Shown: positions 48,599-63,631, counted from the first letter of the whole stretch. The stretch: 63,678 nt of DNA, filler included, from Stramenopiles sp. TOSAG23-6 (GCA_900128565.1; 11 parts of 11 records of this genome joined end to end with filler, not necessarily neighbours in it); one strand, 5' to 3'. Program-made: numbers and translations. Notes: a model not told the origin generated them from the sequence alone.

Positions 48599-49273
48599 TC
48601 AAACCTGATTCATCGGGTTCTCTGGACTCTTTTGAAATTCCTTGAACACCATTTGCTTGATTTGAGCAAGCCTGAGACCTTTATTTTCTTTGCGCAACTC
48701 AGGAATTCGTCTTTCTTCGAAGGCTTTGAATGCAGCTTTCCTTCTTCTTTCCGGATGAGCATCAGGAACAGCTCCCTGACCTTTAGCTGCAGTTATTGCA
48801 CCCAAAGCACCATCAATACCAGTACCATGAAACTCGCCACGTGCTTCCTCTTCAGCTCTTTGTCGATTTAAATTTTTGTGTATTGGAATTGGTTTATCTT
48901 TTTTCTTCTTTTTCTTTGCCAACTTTCCAAACGTTGACTTTTTCTGTGGTTTATAGTCTGCAAAAAGTGAGGCCGCATTATTTTTCTGAGCCTTACGAGC
49001 CTTACCCTTGGGTTTCTTTGCCTTTGAATTAATCTCATCTTCATCCTCCAGCAATTGCTTCTTCAATCTTCTGCGTTCCATCAGATCAGCATGCCGCTGT
49101 GCTTCAGCTTCTCGCTTTGCGTCGCCAGTTACGTTCGAACCGACTTTCCAACTAGCATCTTCTGCTTTTTGCTTTTTGGCAAGGGCTACAGCATCTTTTT
49201 CTCTTTGCGAAGCTTTCTTTTGCGCNTTCGCCTTCAAACCGCGAGTGTCTGGGCCAGATTGTTTCCTACCCAT
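48599..49273 (-). CDS. CCDC124: Coiled-coil domain-containing protein 124 (Lso2/Oxs1-like)
   Basis: HPERRRKAAFKAFEERRIPELRKENKGLRLAQIKQMVFKEFQKSPENPMNQ. Confidence 0.9.
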   Translation of the reverse strand: MGRKQSGPDTRGLKAXAQKKASQREKDAVALAKKQKAEDASWKVGSNVTGDAKREAEAQRHADLMERRRLKKQLLEDEDEINSKAKKPKGKARKAQKNNAASLFADYKPQKKSTFGKLAKKKKKKDKPIPIHKNLNRQRAEEEARGEFHGTGIDGALGAITAAKGQGAVPDAHPERRRKAAFKAFEERRIPELRKENKGLRLAQIKQMVFKEFQKSPENPMNQV

Positions 49274-49555
49274 CAAGTATATTTCAATCTGTTTGCATTA
49301 CTTCTTATATTTTCATTACTAGTTGATGACACGCGAGACAAAAAACTACAGTAAAGAGTTCGTTAGAAGACGTTCGAGACTCGAGAGAGAGACTATCTAG
49401 TATATCATTCTTGAAAAAAACACGAAATCTCGATAATTTGATTATTTTTTATATTTTAATGAAGCAGAATGTAATNAATTTATTCAAATGTTATGCATTT
49501 ATTTTTTCTCTTATATTTACTTCTTTATATTTTCTCTTATATTACATCTTTATAA

Positions 49556-50060
49556 TTATATTTTTGGAGGGGAAAGATATACAGACACAGAGCACATCGG
49601 ACATTTTGCAGTATGGGGTTTTAAAGTGACTACTTTATTTTGTATTGTACAAGAAGGACAAATCCAAACATGTTCAAAATCATATCCAGATTGAACTGTA
49701 AAGGATATTGTAGTTCTCTCTGATTCCCTCGCATCTGTTACAAGTTTTTGAAAATGCATTGTGCCATTATTGACCTCTTTACCATTAACAGACAGAAAAA
49801 TATCAAGTAATTTAAGCCCGTAATGCTCAGCTAATAAAGGTTTTCCGTATTCATTTTTTTTCAAGTGAGTTATTGTACATTTAGTGGAATTGTTTGTTTT
49901 CACATCAGTGACTACCATACCAAATGGCCCACGGTGTAATGGACAAAAGATTTTTGATGTCTTTGGTCGCGTAATCCAATGAACAGTTTTGTCCGTTGAA
50001 AATTTTTGATTCATACTTGATGATTGTAAAGGTTGTAGAGGTTGTTTAGTTAAAACTGGC
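49556..50060 (-). CDS. C-terminus of a protein with a PDZ-like segment and a RanBP2-type zinc finger
   Basis: GPFGMVV...GLKLLDIFLSVNG and WICPSCTIQN...CPMC. 5'-truncated. Confidence 0.6.
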
Positions 50061-50160
50061 NNNNNNNNNNNNNNNNNNNNNNNNNNNNNNNNNNNNNNNN
50101 NNNNTTAATTAATTAANNNNNNNNNNNNNNNNNNNNNNNNNNNNNNNNNNNNNNNNNNNN

Positions 50161-53100
50161 TTTTGGAAAAATATTTCAAAAAAAATTCGTTAGGTACAAA
50201 ATTTCGTATGAAAAATAAATTAGAAATTGAAAAAAAAAATAAAACATACATGTGTTGTACTTACTTCTGAGTCCTTGGATAGTGAAACTCCGCCTCGAGT
50301 AAACTTACGTCCCGTTGATGTATTGTGAAAAATATTTTTTTTTCGTAAAAAAAACTCGTTAGGTACGAAGTTTGGTACAAAAAAAATAAATTCGAAATTG
50401 ATAATGAAAACGTACACCTTCCGAGCATGATTGGTTTCCCATCAAGGCGAGGTTTTAATTTCCAAGTCCTGTCCGTATATGGACCCTCAATGCATTTCAA
50501 ATGTACATCAAATATACCCCTTGTAATGTTTGCTCTAATACTTGCGTTATTTTTAGAATCACGCGAGTCAGCTAATACACCCAAAGCAATATCTCGTTGG
50601 CGCCCAAATTCGTTCCGGAAAAACTCAATTTGGGCCTCTGTTCGAGCGGTAAGACTTCCAATCAAAGATTCTGTATACGCAGCAAGGTATTCCTCAACTG
50701 TTGCATTCTTTGGACATTCACGAGTTGCCCTTGCCATAGCATCACGCATAACCACATTAGACGAAGCTCCTGATGAAGAAGTAGAAACACAACACCCAGC
50801 CGTTAAGGATGGCACTGTTGTGCTATTAATTATATTGCGCGTATTATTATTTTCAGATCCCCTTCTCCTTCTACTTTTCACTACTGTATCTTGCATATTG
50901 TTGAATTAATCTATTTTGTAGCGATCTCGTATAATCTAAATTGCACTGAAGAAAGAAGAGAAAGATTCACCAAGAAAAAGTGAACAACTTGTCATTCGAA
51001 ATTTCGAAATTATCGCAAAAAAATTTAATCTCAAAAATTTTCGATTTATAGGTACCGGGTACACACGGCACACTTTCATTTTTGCTATTTTTTCATGACA
51101 TGATGGCCGTAAAGCTGAATCGATTGTTGATGTTCGTGACATGACATGATTGGTCTGACACTCGGCAAGACGCTGTCCACTTTAGTTTTGGTTAACATTG
51201 ATTTCTATTTATTTGTTTGCGATATTTTTGGAGAATAGCTTTTCATAGTTGTTATTTTGTTGATAGCCCTATACATAAGAGTTACTGTGTCATTCGTATA
51301 GACTTCTTTGGCACTTGATACAATGGAAGCTGCAGATCAATCCTTCAAGACGAAACCCAACAAAGAAAAGAGCGCAATAAAAGCGGAGTGTTCTTTGACT
51401 TCGGGACCATCGGAATTCACTATGCCACCAACATCGAATAGGCATCTTCCGACTGCAGCGGTAAAAATTTTGAAAGGTACGTAACTTCATTAAATATTCG
51501 TTTTCGCCGGGTCAGCTTTGTGTTTTCGTGTGCTTTTGTTTCTTAATTTCGTTTTTCATTCTGCTTGATATAGATTAGTCGTTCTCATTTTCATTATCTT
51601 TCATCATGTATATATTTAAAATCACAGATTGGATGATGTCCGAAGAGCATTTTATGCACCCGTATCCTTCAGATGCTGAAAAGCAGGAGTTGGTTGCGAA
51701 AACAGGAATCCGCCTGAAACAGCTCAACAATTGGTTCACCAACGCTCGGAAACGTATCTGGCGCCCAGTTTTTGATTCACGTTTAGCTGCGCAGTCAAAA
51801 TCACCACATTCTAATAATCCGTGTATAATATCTCCAATGAACAAAATGCCTGCTGGTGCCTCGAATAATTCTCCTTTTGGTTGGTCTATGCCAAGACGTC
51901 GTAGTGAAGTGGATGCTTTGTATGGGCTTACAGTTTTAGGCAGCGGCGAGACAGGAAATTCATCAGCATATTCTACAGCATCTGGTTCTACGACACCTTT
52001 AAAACAAAACGAAGCGCCCAATGTAATTCCCGGTATATATATGCAGAACATGCGCCAATGCTTTAAAAATGGTCCCGTAGGAAATATTTTTTTTTTAGTA
52101 TTTTTTTTTTTCATACGAAATTTTGTACCTAACAATTTTTTTAAGTTTTTTTTTGAAATATTTTTCCAAAATACATTCCGTGAACTCTGCTACTATTGCT
52201 GAGTATGATGCGAAAGGTACAAAAACAATCGATGGTAAAACGAAACCATTGACCTGTGATACGAATTCCGTACCTAATTATCAAAATACACCCAAGAAAG
52301 AAAATATCGGGAGTATTTCGAGCTGTACTAATTTGGTCAAAAATGACAATTCTCAGTTACCTGTGACGCCAATAAATAATACAACTGTTGCAATGAATAA
52401 AGTCGCCATTCCGTTCACACCAACTGTACCCTACAGTAGTCCACTCACTAAGGAGAGGATTGAAAGTTTTTTTCAAAGTAACATTCAGCATTCTCCTAAT
52501 GTAAATAATATGGAACATAATGTGTCTAAAGATGGCGATGCAGCTGCAAAGACTTTTCCGACACCGGCTAATGTTTCTACACAAACTAAAGTCTTGTCTC
52601 ATCTTAACCAAAATCAGGTTACATCTAAATTTGATAATACATTGAATTCATCTAGAGATGTTGAATCATCTAGTAATCATTTGAGTAAGACAGTACTTAC
52701 GTGTAAGACGAGTGAAGAATCTCCAATGGGACATACTGGAAATATTCCTCGAAGTGTTACTCCACAAACTGCTAACTCTCTTAATGGAAATGTTACCTTT
52801 TGTGTTACTCCTCCGATTACGATGACATCATCTTCAAATACAAATATCTCTGAGGTTTCTTCAACAACATCAGTATCTAAGAAAACTTCACCTCAGCTTC
52901 CTCCAGGCAAGAAACGATGCCTCTCGCTATCTGATGGAAGTAACATATATGTATCTTATGCGGGTGAAAAAAGATCTAAAAAATGTGATAGTAGTAATCC
53001 ATCAAGTGATAACTGGGATCCTTTTGCAACTTTGATGGCTTCGGCTGTTGTCCAACCTATAACCTCAACAGATTCCCAAGAGTTAAAAAACAATGATGAA

Positions 53101-56100
53101 AATGTGAAAGAAAATACATCATCTAAGAATTCAACTTTAGTATCTACAAAGAAGAGATTATCGATAGATGTTGAAGCCGCAAAAAGTCGAATTAAACGAA
53201 ATCGCGTCTCCAGTAGTGAAATTGGCGCTGATATGCTTGTACGTATGTCGTCATTATCTGAATCGCCCAATCTTGCTGCTTCAAAAACTGCCACCCATTC
53301 AAATGCAAGTGTTCCAATTTTGATAAATCCTTCATTAAATGATAATCTGGGTACAAAAGATGTCACACAACTTGCTGCTGGGTATTCAAAGCTAAATGAA
53401 AGCCAATTATCAGAATTATCAAAATCAATATTAGAGGGGCAATTACCAACAAATACGCCCTTTGTAAATATGCCAGTGTTTGATAAAAATGGAAATCCAG
53501 TTTTCCATTTTTCAGAATTCCCACCAATGCCTTCTCAATTTAAGACACCAAAACCGAAGAAAGTGTATGTTTTATATGAATTTCTATTTTTTTTTCATAC
53601 GAAATTTCGTACCTAACGAATTTTTTTTGAAATATTTTTCAAAATACAACTTTCACCACTACCTTTTCGTGCACATTTACAAGCTTTTCTAAATTTAGCT
53701 AAACAAAAATCTATTTCTGATGGGCTCTCATCGGCGTTATTAATTATGCGTGATGAGGATAATAAGAGCAAAGATAAAATTCGGGGAATAGCAAAAANTC
53801 GCAANTCAAAAAAAANAAAAANAANGCGCATAANAACAAAAATGATTCAACACAAATTTTATCAAAATCAGAAGAGCGAAAAAAATTTCATTTATTAGCG
53901 ATTCAGAAAATGTCGCAATTAGAATTTCGTGCATTTTTTCATACTTGTTCAACTGCGGTGTGTTTTATTTTTGTTCAATTTCGATTTGTTTTTTTTGACG
54001 AAATTTCGTACCTAACAAATTTTACAAAAAAACATATTTTTTCACAATATATGTAATGTATATAATACCATTGTTTGTCACATTACTATTTGGACTACTA
54101 GTTTATCACTTCAATTTTGCTAGAGAGANTCAATTGTCTATGAAATATGATGATATCGTCGCATCGAAAACATCGAATAATAATTCGACTTGTANGTTTT
54201 CAAAATATTTTTCAAAATATTTTTACCTATATTTTTTNACTATGAAAATTCCAAACCTAAGAAATTATTTTACTACAGAAAATATTTTTTCACCACCCAT
54301 ATTACTCCAACAACTCCAGCCATTCAGAGATATCCCAGAGTATGCTTTCATCAGATGNTTTTGTAGATGATTCAATGAAACATCCTTCATTTCATTTTAT
54401 ACTAAAAAAGGTAATGTTCTGGAGCAGTCATTCGAATAAAATGGCAAATTCTCAATCCTTCGAAGAAATTACTGAAAATGAAATTTTTGTTATGGAAAGA
54501 AATGCAAAGAAATTGATTTCCCTATTGGCTATACCTATGAATATTTATCAATCAATATTTGGTTTTGCTCTTTATTGGTGTATTGCAAATTCTGCNATGC
54601 TTTCTTTTTTTGGTGTCGTTTTTTATTTGTATTCGAATAAAAATTGAGACTTTTTGAAAAATTTCAGTATATTTTTGAAAATTTATAATTAATACAAAGA
54701 TATCAGATCAGCTGTTCACCACGCCTTATTTTTTAAAATAATTGAATCACTCTCTTACAATGCAAATGTTATTCACTCTTTTTGAAATTCGTCTATTTTA
54801 TAGAGATTGTATCAAATTTGTATATCAAATTTGTATACNAAACAAAAAATATATCAAACCTGATTCATCGGGTTCTCTGGACTCTTTTGAAATTCCTTGA
54901 ACACCATTTGCTTGATTTGAGCAAGCCTGAGACCTTTATTTTCTTTGCGCAACTCAGGAATTCGTCTTTCTTCGAAGGCTTTGAATGCAGCTTTCCTTCT
55001 TCTTTCCGGATGAGCATCAGGAACAGCTCCCTGACCTTTAGCTGCAGTTATTGCACCCAAAGCACCATCAATACCAGTACCATGAAACTCGCCACGTGCT
55101 TCCTCTTCAGCTCTTTGTCGATTTAAATTTTTGTGTATTGGAATTGGTTTATCTTTTTTCTTCTTTTTCTTTGCCAACTTTCCAAACGTTGACTTTTTCT
55201 GTGGTTTATAGTCTGCAAAAAGTGAGGCCGCATTATTTTTCTGAGCCTTACGAGCCTTACCCTTGGGTTTCTTTGCCTTTGAATTAATCTCATCTTCATC
55301 CTCCAGCAATTGCTTCTTCAATCTTCTGCGTTCCATCAGATCAGCATGCCGCTGTGCTTCAGCTTCTCGCTTTGCGTCGCCAGTTACGTTCGAACCGACT
55401 TTCCAACTAGCATCTTCTGCTTTTTGCTTTTTGGCAAGGGCTACAGCATCTTTTTCTCTTTGCGAAGCTTTCTTTTGCGCTTTCGCCTTCAAACCGCGAG
55501 TGTCTGGGCCAGATTGTTTCCTACCCATCAAGTATATTTCAATCTGTTTGCATTACTTCTTATATTTTCATTACTAGTTGATGACACGCGAGACAAAAAA
55601 CTACAGTAAAGAGTTCGTTAGAAGACGTTCGAGACTCGAGAGAGAGACTATCTAGTATATCATTCTTGAAAAAAACACGAAATCTCGATAATTTGATTAT
55701 TTTTTATATTTTAATGAAGCAGAATGTAATNAATTTATTCAAATGTTATGCATTTATTTTTTCTCTTATATTTACTTCTTTATATTTTCTCTTATATTAC
55801 ATCTTTATAATTATATTTTTGGAGGGGAAAGATATACAGACACAGAGCACATCGGACATTTTGCAGTATGGGGTTTTAAAGTGACTACTTTATTTTGTAT
55901 TGTACAAGAAGGACAAATCCAAACATGTTCAAAATCATATCCAGATTGAACTGTAAAGGATATTGTAGTTCTCTCTGATTCCCTCGCATCTGTTACAAGT
56001 TTTTGAAAATGCATTGTGCCATTATTGACCTCTTTACCATTAACAGACAGAAAAATATCAAGTAATTTAAGCCCGTAATGCTCAGCTAATAAAGGTTTTC

Positions 56101-56315
56101 CGTATTCATTTTTTTTCAAGTGAGTTATTGTACATTTAGTGGAATTGTTTGTTTTCACATCAGTGACTACCATACCAAATGGCCCACGGTGTAATGGACA
56201 AAAGATTTTTGATGTCTTTGGTCGCGTAATCCAATGAACAGTTTTGTCCGTTGAAAATTTTTGATTCATACTTGATGATTGTAAAGGTTGTAGAGGTTGT
56301 TTAGTTAAAACTGGC
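50161..56315. repeat. Second copy of contig 43906-50060 (FHA 50161-50896, TALE from 51323, CCDC124 54854-55528, ZnF 55811-56315)
   Basis: Offset +6255; identical ORF track apart from one resolved N. Confidence 0.95.
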
Positions 56316-56415
56316 NNNNNNNNNNNNNNNNNNNNNNNNNNNNNNNNNNNNNNNNNNNNTTAATTAATTAANNNNNNNNNNNNNNNNNNNNNNNNNNNNN
56401 NNNNNNNNNNNNNNN

Positions 56416-59400
56416 TTTTGGAAAAATATTTCAAAAAAAATTCGTTAGGTACAAAATTTCGTATGAAAAATAAATTAGAAATTGAAAAAAAAAATAAAAC
56501 ATACATGTGTTGTACTTACTTCTGAGTCCTTGGATAGTGAAACTCCGCCTCGAGTAAACTTACGTCCCGTTGATGTATTGTGAAAAATATTTTTTTTTCG
56601 TAAAAAAAACTCGTTAGGTACGAAGTTTGGTACAAAAAAAATAAATTCGAAATTGATAATGAAAACGTACACCTTCCGAGCATGATTGGTTTCCCATCAA
56701 GGCGAGGTTTTAATTTCCAAGTCCTGTCCGTATATGGACCCTCAATGCATTTCAAATGTACATCAAATATACCCCTTGTAATGTTTGCTCTAATACTTGC
56801 GTTATTTTTAGAATCACGCGAGTCAGCTAATACACCCAAAGCAATATCTCGTTGGCGCCCAAATTCGTTCCGGAAAAACTCAATTTGGGCCTCTGTTCGA
56901 GCGGTAAGACTTCCAATCAAAGATTCTGTATACGCAGCAAGGTATTCCTCAACTGTTGCATTCTTTGGACATTCACGAGTTGCCCTTGCCATAGCATCAC
57001 GCATAACCACATTAGACGAAGCTCCTGATGAAGAAGTAGAAACACAACACCCAGCCGTTAAGGATGGCACTGTTGTGCTATTAATTATATTGCGCGTATT
57101 ATTATTTTCAGATCCCCTTCTCCTTCTACTTTTCACTACTGTATCTTGCATATTGTTGAATTAATCTATTTTGTAGCGATCTCGTATAATCTAAATTGCA
57201 CTGAAGAAAGAAGAGAAAGATTCACCAAGAAAAAGTGAACAACTTGTCATTCGAAATTTCGAAATTATCGCAAAAAAATTTAATCTCAAAAATTTTCGAT
57301 TTATAGGTACCGGGTACACACGGCACACTTTCATTTTTGCTATTTTTTCATGACATGATGGCCGTAAAGCTGAATCGATTGTTGATGTTCGTGACATGAC
57401 ATGATTGGTCTGACACTCGGCAAGACGCTGTCCACTTTAGTTTTGGTTAACATTGATTTCTATTTATTTGTTTGCGATATTTTTGGAGAATAGCTTTTCA
57501 TAGTTGTTATTTTGTTGATAGCCCTATACATAAGAGTTACTGTGTCATTCGTATAGACTTCTTTGGCACTTGATACAATGGAAGCTGCAGATCAATCCTT
57601 CAAGACGAAACCCAACAAAGAAAAGAGCGCAATAAAAGCGGAGTGTTCTTTGACTTCGGGACCATCGGAATTCACTATGCCACCAACATCGAATAGGCAT
57701 CTTCCGACTGCAGCGGTAAAAATTTTGAAAGGTACGTAACTTCATTAAATATTCGTTTTCGCCGGGTCAGCTTTGTGTTTTCGTGTGCTTTTGTTTCTTA
57801 ATTTCGTTTTTCATTCTGCTTGATATAGATTAGTCGTTCTCATTTTCATTATCTTTCATCATGTATATATTTAAAATCACAGATTGGATGATGTCCGAAG
57901 AGCATTTTATGCACCCGTATCCTTCAGATGCTGAAAAGCAGGAGTTGGTTGCGAAAACAGGAATCCGCCTGAAACAGCTCAACAATTGGTTCACCAACGC
58001 TCGGAAACGTATCTGGCGCCCAGTTTTTGATTCACGTTTAGCTGCGCAGTCAAAATCACCACATTCTAATAATCCGTGTATAATATCTCCAATGAACAAA
58101 ATGCCTGCTGGTGCCTCGAATAATTCTCCTTTTGGTTGGTCTATGCCAAGACGTCGTAGTGAAGTGGATGCTTTGTATGGGCTTACAGTTTTAGGCAGCG
58201 GCGAGACAGGAAATTCATCAGCATATTCTACAGCATCTGGTTCTACGACACCTTTAAAACAAAACGAAGCGCCCAATGTAATTCCCGGTATATATATGCA
58301 GAACATGCGCCAATGCTTTAAAAATGGTCCCGTAGGAAATATTTTTTTTTTAGTATTTTTTTTTTTCATACGAAATTTTGTACCTAACAATTTTTTTAAG
58401 TTTTTTTTTGAAATATTTTTCCAAAATACATTCCGTGAACTCTGCTACTATTGCTGAGTATGATGCGAAAGGTACAAAAACAATCGATGGTAAAACGAAA
58501 CCATTGACCTGTGATACGAATTCCGTACCTAATTATCAAAATACACCCAAGAAAGAAAATATCGGGAGTATTTCGAGCTGTACTAATTTGGTCAAAAATG
58601 ACAATTCTCAGTTACCTGTGACGCCAATAAATAATACAACTGTTGCAATGAATAAAGTCGCCATTCCGTTCACACCAACTGTACCCTACAGTAGTCCACT
58701 CACTAAGGAGAGGATTGAAAGTTTTTTTCAAAGTAACATTCAGCATTCTCCTAATGTAAATAATATGGAACATAATGTGTCTAAAGATGGCGATGCAGCT
58801 GCAAAGACTTTTCCGACACCGGCTAATGTTTCTACACAAACTAAAGTCTTGTCTCATCTTAACCAAAATCAGGTTACATCTAAATTTGATAATACATTGA
58901 ATTCATCTAGAGATGTTGAATCATCTAGTAATCATTTGAGTAAGACAGTACTTACGTGTAAGACGAGTGAAGAATCTCCAATGGGACATACTGGAAATAT
59001 TCCTCGAAGTGTTACTCCACAAACTGCTAACTCTCTTAATGGAAATGTTACCTTTTGTGTTACTCCTCCGATTACGATGACATCATCTTCAAATACAAAT
59101 ATCTCTGAGGTTTCTTCAACAACATCAGTATCTAAGAAAACTTCACCTCAGCTTCCTCCAGGCAAGAAACGATGCCTCTCGCTATCTGATGGAAGTAACA
59201 TATATGTATCTTATGCGGGTGAAAAAAGATCTAAAAAATGTGATAGTAGTAATCCATCAAGTGATAACTGGGATCCTTTTGCAACTTTGATGGCTTCGGC
59301 TGTTGTCCAACCTATAACCTCAACAGATTCCCAAGAGTTAAAAAACAATGATGAAAATGTGAAAGAAAATACATCATCTAAGAATTCAACTTTAGTATCT

Positions 59401-62400
59401 ACAAAGAAGAGATTATCGATAGATGTTGAAGCCGCAAAAAGTCGAATTAAACGAAATCGCGTCTCCAGTAGTGAAATTGGCGCTGATATGCTTGTACGTA
59501 TGTCGTCATTATCTGAATCGCCCAATCTTGCTGCTTCAAAAACTGCCACCCATTCAAATGCAAGTGTTCCAATTTTGATAAATCCTTCATTAAATGATAA
59601 TCTGGGTACAAAAGATGTCACACAACTTGCTGCTGGGTATTCAAAGCTAAATGAAAGCCAATTATCAGAATTATCAAAATCAATATTAGAGGGGCAATTA
59701 CCAACAAATACGCCCTTTGTAAATATGCCAGTGTTTGATAAAAATGGAAATCCAGTTTTCCATTTTTCAGAATTCCCACCAATGCCTTCTCAATTTAAGA
59801 CACCAAAACCGAAGAAAGTGTATGTTTTATATGAATTTCTATTTTTTTTTCATACGAAATTTCGTACCTAACGAATTTTTTTTGAAATATTTTTCAAAAT
59901 ACAACTTTCACCACTACCTTTTCGTGCACATTTACAAGCTTTTCTAAATTTAGCTAAACAAAAATCTATTTCTGATGGGCTCTCATCGGCGTTATTAATT
60001 ATGCGTGATGAGGATAATAAGAGCAAAGATAAAATTCGGGGAATAGCAAAAANTCGCAANTCAAAAAAAANAAAAANAANGCGCATAANAACAAAAATGA
60101 TTCAACACAAATTTTATCAAAATCAGAAGAGCGAAAAAAATTTCATTTATTAGCGATTCAGAAAATGTCGCAATTAGAATTTCGTGCATTTTTTCATACT
60201 TGTTCAACTGCGGTGTGTTTTATTTTTGTTCAATTTCGATTTGTTTTTTTTGACGAAATTTCGTACCTAACAAATTTTACAAAAAAACATATTTTTTCAC
60301 AATATATGTAATGTATATAATACCATTGTTTGTCACATTACTATTTGGACTACTAGTTTATCACTTCAATTTTGCTAGAGAGANTCAATTGTCTATGAAA
60401 TATGATGATATCGTCGCATCGAAAACATCGAATAATAATTCGACTTGTANGTTTTCAAAATATTTTTCAAAATATTTTTACCTATATTTTTTNACTATGA
60501 AAATTCCAAACCTAAGAAATTATTTTACTACAGAAAATATTTTTTCACCACCCATATTACTCCAACAACTCCAGCCATTCAGAGATATCCCAGAGTATGC
60601 TTTCATCAGATGNTTTTGTAGATGATTCAATGAAACATCCTTCATTTCATTTTATACTAAAAAAGGTAATGTTCTGGAGCAGTCATTCGAATAAAATGGC
60701 AAATTCTCAATCCTTCGAAGAAATTACTGAAAATGAAATTTTTGTTATGGAAAGAAATGCAAAGAAATTGATTTCCCTATTGGCTATACCTATGAATATT
60801 TATCAATCAATATTTGGTTTTGCTCTTTATTGGTGTATTGCAAATTCTGCNATGCTTTCTTTTTTTGGTGTCGTTTTTTATTTGTATTCGAATAAAAATT
60901 GAGACTTTTTGAAAAATTTCAGTATATTTTTGAAAATTTATAATTAATACAAAGATATCAGATCAGCTGTTCACCACGCCTTATTTTTTAAAATAATTGA
61001 ATCACTCTCTTACAATGCAAATGTTATTCACTCTTTTTGAAATTCGTCTATTTTATAGAGATTGTATCAAATTTGTATATCAAATTTGTATACNAAACAA
61101 AAAATATATCAAACCTGATTCATCGGGTTCTCTGGACTCTTTTGAAATTCCTTGAACACCATTTGCTTGATTTGAGCAAGCCTGAGACCTTTATTTTCTT
61201 TGCGCAACTCAGGAATTCGTCTTTCTTCGAAGGCTTTGAATGCAGCTTTCCTTCTTCTTTCCGGATGAGCATCAGGAACAGCTCCCTGACCTTTAGCTGC
61301 AGTTATTGCACCCAAAGCACCATCAATACCAGTACCATGAAACTCGCCACGTGCTTCCTCTTCAGCTCTTTGTCGATTTAAATTTTTGTGTATTGGAATT
61401 GGTTTATCTTTTTTCTTCTTTTTCTTTGCCAACTTTCCAAACGTTGACTTTTTCTGTGGTTTATAGTCTGCAAAAAGTGAGGCCGCATTATTTTTCTGAG
61501 CCTTACGAGCCTTACCCTTGGGTTTCTTTGCCTTTGAATTAATCTCATCTTCATCCTCCAGCAATTGCTTCTTCAATCTTCTGCGTTCCATCAGATCAGC
61601 ATGCCGCTGTGCTTCAGCTTCTCGCTTTGCGTCGCCAGTTACGTTCGAACCGACTTTCCAACTAGCATCTTCTGCTTTTTGCTTTTTGGCAAGGGCTACA
61701 GCATCTTTTTCTCTTTGCGAAGCTTTCTTTTGCGCNTTCGCCTTCAAACCGCGAGTGTCTGGGCCAGATTGTTTCCTACCCATCAAGTATATTTCAATCT
61801 GTTTGCATTACTTCTTATATTTTCATTACTAGTTGATGACACGCGAGACAAAAAACTACAGTAAAGAGTTCGTTAGAAGACGTTCGAGACTCGAGAGAGA
61901 GACTATCTAGTATATCATTCTTGAAAAAAACACGAAATCTCGATAATTTGATTATTTTTTATATTTTAATGAAGCAGAATGTAATNAATTTATTCAAATG
62001 TTATGCATTTATTTTTTCTCTTATATTTACTTCTTTATATTTTCTCTTATATTACATCTTTATAATTATATTTTTGGAGGGGAAAGATATACAGACACAG
62101 AGCACATCGGACATTTTGCAGTATGGGGTTTTAAAGTGACTACTTTATTTTGTATTGTACAAGAAGGACAAATCCAAACATGTTCAAAATCATATCCAGA
62201 TTGAACTGTAAAGGATATTGTAGTTCTCTCTGATTCCCTCGCATCTGTTACAAGTTTTTGAAAATGCATTGTGCCATTATTGACCTCTTTACCATTAACA
62301 GACAGAAAAATATCAAGTAATTTAAGCCCGTAATGCTCAGCTAATAAAGGTTTTCCGTATTCATTTTTTTTCAAGTGAGTTATTGTACATTTAGTGGAAT

Positions 62401-62570
62401 TGTTTGTTTTCACATCAGTGACTACCATACCAAATGGCCCACGGTGTAATGGACAAAAGATTTTTGATGTCTTTGGTCGCGTAATCCAATGAACAGTTTT
62501 GTCCGTTGAAAATTTTTGATTCATACTTGATGATTGTAAAGGTTGTAGAGGTTGTTTAGTTAAAACTGGC
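56416..62570. repeat. Third copy of contig 43906-50060 (FHA 56416-57151, TALE from 57578, CCDC124 61109-61783, ZnF 62066-62570)
   Basis: Offset +12510; identical including N positions. Confidence 0.95.
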
Positions 62571-62670
62571 NNNNNNNNNNNNNNNNNNNNNNNNNNNNNN
62601 NNNNNNNNNNNNNNTTAATTAATTAANNNNNNNNNNNNNNNNNNNNNNNNNNNNNNNNNNNNNNNNNNNN

Positions 62671-63631
62671 CTGCTGTCGCAGCCTTAATAAACGATCCAG
62701 CACGTAAAAGGCTCACCAAAATGGTAACCCGAAGCACTGCCGCGACAATAATGTTTCTTGTTGCATATTTGGTATTTTCAATGGGGCATGTATTTGTGGC
62801 TTGTGTTGCTCTTGCTCTTCAGTTTTCTGTGTTCCAAGAGATGCTCGCTGTTCGTTACTGTCTTCGTGAAGAGAAAACAATCCCTTATTTTAGGACTACA
62901 TGCATGCTTTGGTTCTTTGTCGCATGTTTTTATTCATATGGATCAACCTGGCTGAGGGCTCCTCTCGGTGGAGTTGACATTCTCAAAAAAAGTGTACCAT
63001 TTATGGAAGGTTTTATCGCGATTGAACAGTTTCATGAGTTTATTTCATTTTGTTTATATTGTATGATATTTGTTCTCACAGTATTACAATTTCAAGAGGG
63101 TAAATTTGAATATCAAATGACTCAATTAGCTTGGACATTTCTGACTATTGCTGTTGTTATTCTTCAATCAAAAAGTTGCATAGTTAACATCTACAATGGA
63201 ATGTTTTGGGTGGCATTTCCAGGCCTTTTAGTAATAACAAATGACGTCATGGCTTATTTTGTAGGGAAAGCTCTGGGTAAAAAAATGTACAATGGACCTT
63301 TTTTACCACATTTATCACCAAATAAGACGTGGGAAGGGTTTATTGGGGGTGGTATTTTCACCATGATTTTTGGATGGGGGACTTTAACTACCGGATTAAT
63401 GGAACGCGTAGAGCTGTAGACAAGATGCTTTCTCTGGACATGCACGATTTGATTTGTACATATGAGCAGATTAAACTTCATGGAGGCTGTGAACCAAGTA
63501 ATGTGTTTACACCACAAGACCTTCGGGTTTGGCCGTTCTCTCAATTTTTGGATGAGAATAGTGTTCCTATTATTCATGTCATGCCAGTTCAAGTACATGG
63601 TCTATTTCTTGCAGCGTTTGCTTCTATGATT
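62671..63631 (+). CDS. CDS1: Phosphatidate cytidylyltransferase (CDP-DAG synthase), partial, with an internal frame break; family intron starts at 63632
   Basis: LVITNDVMAYFVGK...LSPNKTWEGFIGG, then in another frame CEPS.VF...PVQVHGLFLAAFASMI. Confidence 0.85.

Noticed and set aside
43906-62570. Apparent triplication of the FHA/TALE/CCDC124 block
   Set aside because: Same length, same ends, shared Ns and spacer-delimited, so a pooling or assembly artefact.
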